From Methanobacteriota archaeon (GTDB lineage Archaea; Thermoplasmatota; Poseidoniia; Poseidoniales; Poseidoniaceae), in NCBI GenBank assembly GCA_949514915.1, contig CATFLP010000127.1, positions 1 through 55,825 of the forward strand: DNA of 55,825 nt. Direction: 5' to 3'. Below, one piece after another: positions 47,939 to 55,825 of the stretch (positions within the stretch are counted from its first letter, which is position 1; each line of letters starts with the position of its first letter). Below the pieces are notes generated by a model, which saw only the letters and a program-made list of their open reading frames with translations, ran no database searches and had not been told where the DNA came from. Position numbers and translations under genes: made by a program.

Positions 47939-48466
47939 ATGAGTGAAGTTTCTAATATCATGCTTAATCCAAGGGTTTCAAAAATTACATTAAACATAGG
48001 TGTAGGTGAAGGGGGAAAGAGATTAGAATTAGCAGAGAAAGTAATTTCTTTAGTTACAGGATTAAGTTCTGTAAGGACCTTAGGTAAGATTCAAAATAGA
48101 GATTTAAAAGTACGTAAAGGAGCACCAATCGGTTGTAAAGTTACAATGCGTAATCCAGATCAAATGAAACAGTTCTTAAAAGATGCATTTTGGGTAAGAG
48201 AAAATAGAATACCTTCTTGGAATTTTGACGCTCAAGGTAATCTTTCATTCGGAATAAGGGATTACACAGATTTCCCAGGCCAAAAATATGATCCAGATAT
48301 TGGAATTTTTGGAATGGACATCAATGTAGTATTGGAAAGGCCAGGTCATCGAGTATCAAGAAGAAGACGTAATAAGGCAAAGGTTGGGAAATCGCATAGA
48401 TTAAGTAAATCAGAATCAATAGAATTCTTTACTTCTGAATTCGGATTAAATATTGTGGAGGAATAA
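47939..48466 (+). CDS. rpl5: 50S ribosomal protein uL5
   Basis: [28 protein letters not shown]. Confidence 0.97.
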   Translation: MSEVSNIMLNPRVSKITLNIGVGEGGKRLELAEKVISLVTGLSSVRTLGKIQNRDLKVRKGAPIGCKVTMRNPDQMKQFLKDAFWVRENRIPSWNFDAQGNLSFGIRDYTDFPGQKYDPDIGIFGMDINVVLERPGHRVSRRRRNKAKVGKSHRLSKSESIEFFTSEFGLNIVEE

Positions 48467-48468
48467 AT

Positions 48469-48621
48469 ATGGCAAAAGATCATGGTATGAGAATAGGAAG
48501 AAGCAATGGTTGTAGAAGATGCGGCAGAAAACGTGGATTAATTAGACGTCATGGCTTGAATTTATGTAGACAATGTTTTAGAGAAATAGCTCCAGATATA
48601 GGATTTAAGAAATATAGTTAA
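48469..48621 (+). CDS. rps14: 30S ribosomal protein uS14 (zinc-binding), 50 aa
   Basis: [50 protein letters not shown]. Below the ORF-track cutoff. Confidence 0.96.
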   Translation: MAKDHGMRIGRSNGCRRCGRKRGLIRRHGLNLCRQCFREIAPDIGFKKYS

Positions 48622-48634
48622 GAGGTGAATATGA

Positions 48635-49024
48635 ATGCAATTTGATCCATTAAGTGATGCTTTAATTAAGTTATACAATGCTGAACAATCGGGTAAATAC
48701 AACGTTTCCGTTGCGCCCGCAAGTAAATTATTAGGCTCAGTCCTAGAAATTATGCAAAAATCAGGATATATAGGAGAATTTGATAAAAATGATGACGGAC
48801 GAGGAGGATCCTATGATATTAAATTAATAGGTGCAATTAATCGTTGTGGGATTGTTAAACCAAGATACTCTGTAAGAAGAACAGATTATGAGAAATGGGA
48901 ATCAAGATATTTACCAGCTCAAGATTTCGGATTATTAATATTAACAACAAATAAGGGAATAATGAATCATTATGATGCAAAAGATTCGAGAATTGGTGGC
49001 AAGTTACTTGCATATGTGTTTTGA
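48635..49024 (+). CDS. rps8: 30S ribosomal protein uS8
   Basis: DPLSDAL, DDGRGG, YLPAQDFG, IGGKLLAYV. Confidence 0.97.
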   Translation: MQFDPLSDALIKLYNAEQSGKYNVSVAPASKLLGSVLEIMQKSGYIGEFDKNDDGRGGSYDIKLIGAINRCGIVKPRYSVRRTDYEKWESRYLPAQDFGLLILTTNKGIMNHYDAKDSRIGGKLLAYVF

Positions 49025-49030
49025 GGTGAT

Positions 49031-49591
49031 ATGATGGCGGTAATTGATAGAATTATGCACAAGATATCCTTTAATGAAGGTGTAACTGCTGAATTATCTG
49101 ATGATGGAATGGTTACATTTTCAGGAGAAAACGGAAGTATTTCTAGAGAATTCACACATCAAAAAGTAATTATCACCAAAGAAAATAATGGATTATTAGT
49201 ATCTTGTGAAATTCCTAGAAAGAAAGAAAAGGCACTTTGTGGAACTTGGGCGGCTCATTTAAGGAATATGAATAAAGGAGTTTCAGATGGATTCACTTAC
49301 AAAATGAAGGCAGTATATTCTCACTTTCCTATGACTATGAAGGTAGATTATGCAAATAAAAAGTTTATCGTGAATAATTATTTTGGAGAAAAGGTTCCAA
49401 GAGAAGCGTCATTACCTTGGCCTGAAAATGAAGTTAAAGTTGAAGTTAAAAATAAAACAGAAGTTGTAATTTTTGGTGCCGATAAAGAAAAAGTAGGTCA
49501 AACTACAGCAAATATTGAAAGATGTTGTACTGTAAAGAAAAGAGATAGGAGAGTATTTCAGGATGGAATATATCTCGTAGAGAAAAATTAG
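49031..49591 (+). CDS. rpl6: 50S ribosomal protein uL6
   Basis: YSHFPM, NYFGEK, DRRVFQDGIY. Confidence 0.97.
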   Translation: MMAVIDRIMHKISFNEGVTAELSDDGMVTFSGENGSISREFTHQKVIITKENNGLLVSCEIPRKKEKALCGTWAAHLRNMNKGVSDGFTYKMKAVYSHFPMTMKVDYANKKFIVNNYFGEKVPREASLPWPENEVKVEVKNKTEVVIFGADKEKVGQTTANIERCCTVKKRDRRVFQDGIYLVEKN

Positions 49592-49602
49592 GTGGGATGT
49601 AA

Positions 49603-50280
49603 ATGACTGAAGAATATGAAAATATGACTGTTTCAGAACTTAAAGAGTTACTTAGAGAAAAAGGGTTGCCTGTTTCTGGAACTAAAAAGACATTAATTGA
49701 ACGATTATCGGAAGAAAGTAAAGTTGAAGATATTACTGATGATGTTGAAGATGTTGTTGAAGATGTTGTTGAAGATGTTGTTGAAGAAACTGCAGATGAT
49801 GATTTCGATGAAGAATATGAAGATTTTGATGATAGCGAGTGGGATGATGATGAGTCGGAATTTCACGTTGCAAAACAAAAGCCTGAATTAGATCAAGAAA
49901 TGCAAGAAGCATTACAACTAAGAAATTTACAATCAAAATCAACACCTACTTTCCGTAGAACAGAATGGTTCCGTTACAAGAGACTTTCTCGTAGTGGTTG
50001 GCGTAGGCCCAAAGGAATGGACAATAGTCAACGTAAGAATTTGAAATATAGAGGTTCAAGGGTAAGGATTGGACACGGAAAAATTTCTACTGCACGTGGA
50101 TTGCACCCTAGTGGATTTAGGGAAGTATTAGTATACAATACATTAGATTTAGAGAATTTAAACCCTGCATCAGAAGCTGCACGTATTGGGGCTACTGTTG
50201 GCGGCAGGAAAAGAGAGCAAATACATTTGAAAGCTGATGAATTAGGAATCAGAATTTTAAATAGAAGGAGGAATGTATAA
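49603..50280 (+). CDS. rpl32e: 50S ribosomal protein eL32 with N-terminal SAP domain and acidic linker
   Basis: MTVSELKELLREKGLPVSGTKKTLIERL (SAP), then WRRPKG and RGLHPSG. Confidence 0.95.
   Translation: MTEEYENMTVSELKELLREKGLPVSGTKKTLIERLSEESKVEDITDDVEDVVEDVVEDVVEETADDDFDEEYEDFDDSEWDDDESEFHVAKQKPELDQEMQEALQLRNLQSKSTPTFRRTEWFRYKRLSRSGWRRPKGMDNSQRKNLKYRGSRVRIGHGKISTARGLHPSGFREVLVYNTLDLENLNPASEAARIGATVGGRKREQIHLKADELGIRILNRRRNV
49747..49782 (+). repeat. 12-bp coding tandem repeat GAAGATGTTGTT x3 (EDVV)
   Basis: Three exact copies in the eL32 acidic linker. Confidence 0.88.
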
Positions 50281-50756
50281 TGCAAGTAACTAACCAAAAA
50301 AGAATGGCTGCAAGCATACTTTCAAAACAAGAAGGTAAGGAAGTCGGACTTAATCGTGTATGGATACATCCTGCTTATATTGATCAAGTTGCAACTGCTG
50401 TACAAAAAGAAGAGATACGTGAATTAATTGAAGAAGGAGTAATTCGTTCAAAACCAGTTAAAGGCACAAGTAGAGTTAGGGCAAGATTAGCAAATAAACA
50501 AAAATCAAAGGGAAGGAGAAAAGGCCATGGTTCTAGAGCAGGTTCTAAAAATGCAAGAACGCCTAGAAAACAACTATGGATGAGAAAAATAAGATCTCAA
50601 AGAAGAGTACTTAAAGATATGAGAGAGAGTGGTACAATTACAGCATCTAGATACAGATATTATTATCGTAAAGCAAAAGGTGGAACATATCGTAGTGTTG
50701 CTCATATGAAGACATACTTAGAAGCAGAGGGAATCAAAGATGGAGGTGAATCTTGA
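50280..50756 (+). CDS. rpl19e: 50S ribosomal protein eL19
   Basis: QKRMAA, RVWIHP, KGRRKGHGSR, YRKAKGG. Confidence 0.96.
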   Translation: MQVTNQKRMAASILSKQEGKEVGLNRVWIHPAYIDQVATAVQKEEIRELIEEGVIRSKPVKGTSRVRARLANKQKSKGRRKGHGSRAGSKNARTPRKQLWMRKIRSQRRVLKDMRESGTITASRYRYYYRKAKGGTYRSVAHMKTYLEAEGIKDGGES

Positions 50757-51268
50757 TGGCTCATGGTAAAAGGCAACGTAATAATTATCGAAGAAGATTA
50801 GAATCAAAAACTGATTATCATAGGCGTTTACGTTTATTGAAGAGTGGGCTTCCTAGGGCAGTAGTAAGAGTTTCAAATACACAAATTACTTGCCAATTAA
50901 CAAATTATAGTAAAGAGGGAGATAAGGTAGTAACTAGCATGACAGGTGCAGATTTACAAAAGCATGGTTATCCAAATGATGCTTCAAAGAAATCAGTTCC
51001 TGCAAGTTATTTAACTGGCTTTGCTTTAGGCAAAAAAGCAGTATCTAATGGAATAAATGAGGCAGTATTAGACATTGGGTTATCAACAGCAAGTAGTGGT
51101 TCTAGAGTTTTTGGTGCTCTTAAAGGAATGATTGATGCTGGATTAGAAATACCTCATGGAGAGGGAGTACTACCTTCCGATGAGAGAATAAATGGTGAGC
51201 ACATATCTGATTCATTATCAAAAGTATTAGACAAAACAAAAAAATCAATTGAAGGGGCGTTTAAATGA
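50753..51268 (+). CDS. rpl18: 50S ribosomal protein uL18
   Basis: RRRLESKTDY, PASYLTG, LDIGL, DAGLEIPH. Confidence 0.96.
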   Translation: MMAHGKRQRNNYRRRLESKTDYHRRLRLLKSGLPRAVVRVSNTQITCQLTNYSKEGDKVVTSMTGADLQKHGYPNDASKKSVPASYLTGFALGKKAVSNGINEAVLDIGLSTASSGSRVFGALKGMIDAGLEIPHGEGVLPSDERINGEHISDSLSKVLDKTKKSIEGAFK

Positions 51269-52050
51269 GTGATGAAGAACAAAATATGGAAGAACTTGCA
51301 GATGATGCACCGATGGCTCCTGGTCTTCTTGCTGCTGTAAATTTTGAACAACCAGATGATTCTCAACCTCGAAGAAGGGGAGAATCTGATGAAGCTGGTA
51401 GAAGATTAAGAGAATGGGATCCAAAAACAAGGTTAGGAAAAATGGTATTTTCTGGAGAAATAGTTTCAATGGAAAAAGCAATTTCCACAGGATTGCCTAT
51501 TAGGGAAGTAGAAATTGTAGATGCATTAATTCCTAATTTAGAGGATGATGTACTTTCAGTGAATATGGTACAACGTATGACTGATAGTGGTAGAAGAGTC
51601 AGGTTTAATGTCTTGGCAGCAGTTGGAAATAAGGATGGATATATTGGAATTGGAATGGCTAAAGGTAAAGAAGTACCTGCAACAATTCAAAAAGCAATAT
51701 CAGTTGCGAAATTAAATATTATTCCTGTATTAAGAGGTAACGGAAGTTGGGAATCTGGAATAGGACCTGGTACAAGCATTCCAATCGAAGTTACTGGAAG
51801 AAGTAGTTCAACAAGGTTGACATTAATTCCTGCACCATCTGGTAAGGGATTAGTTGTAGGTCCTGTAGGCAGAAGAGTTTTGACTTTGGCAGGAATTACT
51901 GATATTTGGTCCCGTTCGAAAGGGCAAACGCGCACTACAATTAATTATGCTAAAGCAACATTTAATGCATTAGTAGAATTAAATAAAGCTAGGATAAAAA
52001 GCGAACAAAAGGATAATTTATTCATATCTGAAGGAAGGGTGTTAAAATGA
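51265..52050 (+). CDS. rps5: 30S ribosomal protein uS5
   Basis: WDPKTRLG, VQRMTDSGRR, GQTRTTINYAKAT. Confidence 0.97.
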   Translation: MSDEEQNMEELADDAPMAPGLLAAVNFEQPDDSQPRRRGESDEAGRRLREWDPKTRLGKMVFSGEIVSMEKAISTGLPIREVEIVDALIPNLEDDVLSVNMVQRMTDSGRRVRFNVLAAVGNKDGYIGIGMAKGKEVPATIQKAISVAKLNIIPVLRGNGSWESGIGPGTSIPIEVTGRSSSTRLTLIPAPSGKGLVVGPVGRRVLTLAGITDIWSRSKGQTRTTINYAKATFNALVELNKARIKSEQKDNLFISEGRVLK

Positions 52051-52517
52051 GTTTTATAGTTGTAAGAGTTAGATCAGATATTAATGTTAGACACGACATA
52101 AAGAAAACAATGCACAGTTTGAATTTAACTAAAGTTAATCATGCAGTATTGGTCCCAAATAGGCCTGAAATATTAGGTATGCTTACCAAAGCTAAAGATT
52201 ATGTAACTTGGGGAGAACCATCTAAAGAAGTAGTAGAATCTTTAATTAGAGAAAGAGGAAAAATGGTTGGAGATGTACCAGTCACAGATGATATCATTAA
52301 AGAAGTTTCAGAATATAAGGGAATTAAAGCATTTGCAGATGCATTAGTTTCAGGAAAAGCGGAAATAAAATCCGTTTCAAATATGAAAAGAGTTTTCCGT
52401 CTTCATCCACCAAGAGGTTCTAAAGGATGGGGTGGAATAAAACGCCCATTTACAACAGGGGGCGCTCTTGGAAATAGAGGAGATGCGATAAATTCATTGA
52501 TTGAGAGGATGCTTTGA
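52047..52517 (+). CDS. rpl30: 50S ribosomal protein uL30 (archaeal long form)
   Basis: KDYVTWGE, FRLHPPRG, GGALGNRG. Confidence 0.96.
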   Translation: MSFIVVRVRSDINVRHDIKKTMHSLNLTKVNHAVLVPNRPEILGMLTKAKDYVTWGEPSKEVVESLIRERGKMVGDVPVTDDIIKEVSEYKGIKAFADALVSGKAEIKSVSNMKRVFRLHPPRGSKGWGGIKRPFTTGGALGNRGDAINSLIERML

Positions 52518-52526
52518 GGTGAGAAA

Positions 52527-52949
52527 ATGGTTTCAAGAACAAATAAATTTAGAGGTAGAAATCGTACACATGGCCGTGGTAAAAAAGCAGGTCGTGGTGC
52601 AGGAAAACGCGGCGGCAGAGGAAATGCTGGAATGAATAAGCATAAGGTAATGCACCGTTTGAAATATATGCCAGGTCATTGGGGAATGCACGGATTTAAT
52701 AGAGATCCTAGCCTAATAAACGTTCATGTGACTTGTAATTTACAAGAATTAATCAAATTTGCAGATGGAAAGAAAAAAGTAGATTTAAGTGAATTTGGTA
52801 TCGACAAATTACTTGGTTCTGGAAAGATTGGTATTGCATTAGAGGTCACAGTTGATACAGCATCTGCTAAGGCAGTTGAAAAGATTGAGGCCGCTGGCGG
52901 ATCTGTAATTCAATCTGATGAAGATTGGGATGAATGGGAAGAAGAATAA
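52527..52949 (+). CDS. rpl15: 50S ribosomal protein uL15
   Basis: RTHGRG, RGAGKRGGRGNAG, KLLGSG, KIEAAGG. Confidence 0.96.
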   Translation: MVSRTNKFRGRNRTHGRGKKAGRGAGKRGGRGNAGMNKHKVMHRLKYMPGHWGMHGFNRDPSLINVHVTCNLQELIKFADGKKKVDLSEFGIDKLLGSGKIGIALEVTVDTASAKAVEKIEAAGGSVIQSDEDWDEWEEE

Positions 52950-52970
52950 TTTTAATGATTAGGTGATGAG

Positions 52971-54899
52971 ATGAAAAAACCAATTCCTTGGGCTGTTGCA
53001 TTAGTTGCAATAATGTATTGGGGTGCATTGATTTGGTGGCAATACGATTCACTTTTTGGAAGTGTTGATCCACAAATGACTTCAAATGCCCAATGGGCAT
53101 TAGTATTCTCTGTAGTTTATGTTGCTATGTTACTTTTATTTTTTATGAGAGATACTCCCGAGAATATTTCATCAATTCCAGTAATTGGTAAATCAATAAA
53201 GTTCTATTGTTGGTTAATCTTTAGTTTTGCTCTTACTGCTTGGTGTATTTGGATTGATACTGAGGCAGTTGCTGTAATGTTTGTTGGAGTATTGTTAATG
53301 GGGTTAATCGCTGCAATGGCTTTATGTTGCTTGATGTATAGAGGTGAAAAAAGCAGTCGTTTGTATGCATTAAAGCGTTTTGTTGACGTATACCCTAGTA
53401 TTGCAAAACCAGAAGGACATGTCAGATTTAATCAGAAATTATGGACTACTGTATTAGTATTGATTATTTATTTTGGAATGACTAATGTATTAATTTGGGG
53501 TATGTCTGGTTCAGCACTTGATATCTTTTCAGGTTTCAGAGCAATTATGGCTGGTGCATCAGGTTCAATTATGCATTTGGGTATAGGCCCTATTGTTACA
53601 GGTTCAATTATTATGCAATTATTTGCAGGTGCTAAAATCATAAATTTAGATTTACAAGATTCTGATGATAAGCAAATGTATCAAGGAGTTCAAAAATTAG
53701 TAGTTTTAGTTATGATTCCAGTGGAATCAATTCCGCAGACTTACGGATTCCTTACCGCAGATCCAGATATTGTGGCAAGTATTGGTAGTGGCTGGGCTAA
53801 TTTTATCATAGTCGCACAATTATTCGCAGGTTCTTACTTAGTGTTTCTTTTAGATGAATTAGTAAGTAAATGGGGCATTGGTTCAGGGATTTCATTGTTT
53901 ATTGCGGCTGGTGTAGCTCAATCTACTTTCGTAGGGACATTATCTCCACTTCCCGCAGGAGGAGGAGGAATGGGAGATTATTCAGTACAGAATCCTCCTT
54001 CAGGTGCTTTACCAATGGTGTTCTATATGTTTAGGACCTTATCGAATTCTGAGATGGTTTCACAAAATGGATTTGAAGTAATGTTATTGACTCATGTTAA
54101 TCCATTAGCAGCTTTATTCTCATCTATTGTTGTGTTTTTAGTAGTTGCTTATGCTGAGTCAAGTCGACTTGAATTGCCATTAACTCATGGAAAAGTAAGA
54201 GGGCACAAGGGAAGTTACCCAATTCGTTTGGTATATGCAAGTAACATTCCTGTGATATTAATGGCTGCATTATTGGCGAACATAAATATGTTCACCCTTC
54301 TGTTTTGGAGCCATCCTACGTTGATGACTGTTCCAGTACTTGGTGCTGATGGTGCTTGGAGTATTGCACCTTATCTTGGAAGTTATGAGCCTGGATCAAG
54401 TACTGCATCAGATGGTTTTGCTTGGTATTCATCAATGGTTAATGGTGTAGGTGATTGGTTGATTCCATTATTAAATCAACAAGGAGATCTTTATGGACAT
54501 TCACTTTGGCAAATAATGTTACATATTTTGACATATGTTACTTTGATGACTTTAGGTTCAATGGTTTTCGCTAAGTTTTGGATTGAAACTACGGGTATGG
54601 GTACTAAAGATGTAGCAAAACAAATTGAAAGAACTGGAATGCAAATCCCAGGTTTCCGTAGATCTCCAAAGGCAGTTGAGAAAATTTTGGAGAGATATAT
54701 TCCGCCTGTGACTTTATTTTCTGGGGCATTTGTAGGTCTTTTAGCTGCGGGTGCAGATCTTTTAGGTACTGTAGGTAATGCAACAGGTACAGGTTTGCTT
54801 TTAGCAGTAGGAATTATTTTGAGAACTTATGAGCAAATACAGAAAGAACAGGCAATGGAAATGCATCCAATGTTAAGACAATTCTTCGGAGCAGAATAA
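52971..54899 (+). CDS. secY: Preprotein translocase SecY with about 125-aa N-terminal extra membrane region
   Basis: LGIGPIVTGSII, KWGIGSGISLFI, YASNIPVIL, MQIPGFRR, GTGLLLAV. Confidence 0.96.
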   Translation: MKKPIPWAVALVAIMYWGALIWWQYDSLFGSVDPQMTSNAQWALVFSVVYVAMLLLFFMRDTPENISSIPVIGKSIKFYCWLIFSFALTAWCIWIDTEAVAVMFVGVLLMGLIAAMALCCLMYRGEKSSRLYALKRFVDVYPSIAKPEGHVRFNQKLWTTVLVLIIYFGMTNVLIWGMSGSALDIFSGFRAIMAGASGSIMHLGIGPIVTGSIIMQLFAGAKIINLDLQDSDDKQMYQGVQKLVVLVMIPVESIPQTYGFLTADPDIVASIGSGWANFIIVAQLFAGSYLVFLLDELVSKWGIGSGISLFIAAGVAQSTFVGTLSPLPAGGGGMGDYSVQNPPSGALPMVFYMFRTLSNSEMVSQNGFEVMLLTHVNPLAALFSSIVVFLVVAYAESSRLELPLTHGKVRGHKGSYPIRLVYASNIPVILMAALLANINMFTLLFWSHPTLMTVPVLGADGAWSIAPYLGSYEPGSSTASDGFAWYSSMVNGVGDWLIPLLNQQGDLYGHSLWQIMLHILTYVTLMTLGSMVFAKFWIETTGMGTKDVAKQIERTGMQIPGFRRSPKAVEKILERYIPPVTLFSGAFVGLLAAGADLLGTVGNATGTGLLLAVGIILRTYEQIQKEQAMEMHPMLRQFFGAE

Positions 54900-55282
54900 G
54901 TATATTTTTTAATTATTAGATGAATAATTAATCTATCTATATGGGGCGCAGTACCTCATTTGTAAATATTCACATGCGTCATCTTGATAAGGTCAACTAA
55001 AGTGGCAGGCCCGCTTGCGCTATCAAAGGCGTTGACGACAGAGCATTTCGGTGCTATGAAAATCGTCATCTGAAGGTGTAAGCCGAAGTCGAAGCGATTG
55101 CGAGGAAACTTGTGGTCTGGTAGGTGATCAAACGACTAAATTGCTAGTCGTGTGCAATGGTGCAAAGAATAATACAGAGCACCTTGCCAATTTATTTTAT
55201 GTTATACAGTTAGTGACTAACAGCGTTATAAAAAACACACTTGAGAAATATACTCCTAAGGATCAGGAATTCCATTCCAGGA

Positions 55283-55825
55283 AATCCGGTTGATCCTGCC
55301 GGAGGCGACCGCTATTGGAATTCGATTAAGCCATGCGAGTCGAGAGCCATAATGGGCTCGGCATACTGCTCAGTAACACGTGGATAACCTGCCCTGTTCT
55401 AGGGGATAACCTCGAGAAATTGAGAATAATACCCTATAGTCCACTACGCCTGGAACGGTGAGTGGATCAAAGCTCCGGCGGAACAGGATGGGTCTGCGGC
55501 ATATCAGGTAGTAGTGGGTGTAATGGACCCACTAGCCTTCGACGTGTACGGGTTGTGGGAGCAATCGCCCGGAGATGGATTCTGAGACACGAATCCAGAC
55601 CCTACGGGGTGCAGCAGGCGCGAAAACTTCACACTGCAGGAAACTGTGATGAGGGAATTCCAAGTGGCTAGACAAAGTCTAGTCTTTTTGTAACTTTTAA
55701 TCGGTTACAGAATAAGGGGTGGGAAAGACCGGTGCCAGCCGCCGCGGTAATACCGGCACCTCAAGTGGTCGTCGCTTTTATTGGGCCTAAAACGTCCGTC
55801 GCCTGTTTGGTACATTCGTGGGTAA
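55283..55825 (+). rRNA. rrs: 16S rRNA gene, 5' part (truncated by window end)
   Basis: TCCGGTTGATCCTGCCGGA, CTCAGTAACACGTGG, CCCTACGGGGTGCAGCAGGCGCGAAA and GTGCCAGCCGCCGCGGTAATACC are archaeal 16S signatures. Confidence 0.98.

Noticed and set aside
302-53100. Numerous short antisense or alternate-frame ORFs nested in longer genes (e.g. 302-625, 11303-11707, 29157-29588, 44674-45081)
   Set aside because: They overlap well-supported genes, have no motifs, and are expected from codon bias on the opposite strand.
55462-55671. 69-aa ORF
   Set aside because: It lies within the 16S rRNA gene.

Overview
AT-rich archaeal chromosome segment. The 16S 5' sequence, the gene repertoire and the protein C-terminal motifs point to Thermoplasmatota, most likely Marine Group II/Poseidoniales (inference). 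It carries sucCD, an NDP-sugar synthase, tpiA, pyk, several membrane proteins, four peptidases (PrsW-like, a ~2760-aa multidomain S8, a SprT/Wss1-like protein and a second S8), a thermosome subunit, a Hef helicase, the rpl3-secY ribosomal superoperon and the 5' part of a 16S rRNA gene. Features missing from the ORF track are tRNA-Ala, tRNA-Arg, an intron-containing tRNA-Trp with an embedded C/D guide, a free-standing box C/D sRNA, rpl41e and rps14. The most unusual element is a two-gene unit (35414-38416): a tandem-flavodoxin fusion to an SdhB-like domain that has lost its Fe-S cysteine motifs, followed by an HdrB/SdhE-like CCG protein that has also lost most cluster ligands. It is a candidate iron-free, flavin-based redox module. 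Family calls come from motif recognition only; no database searches were run.
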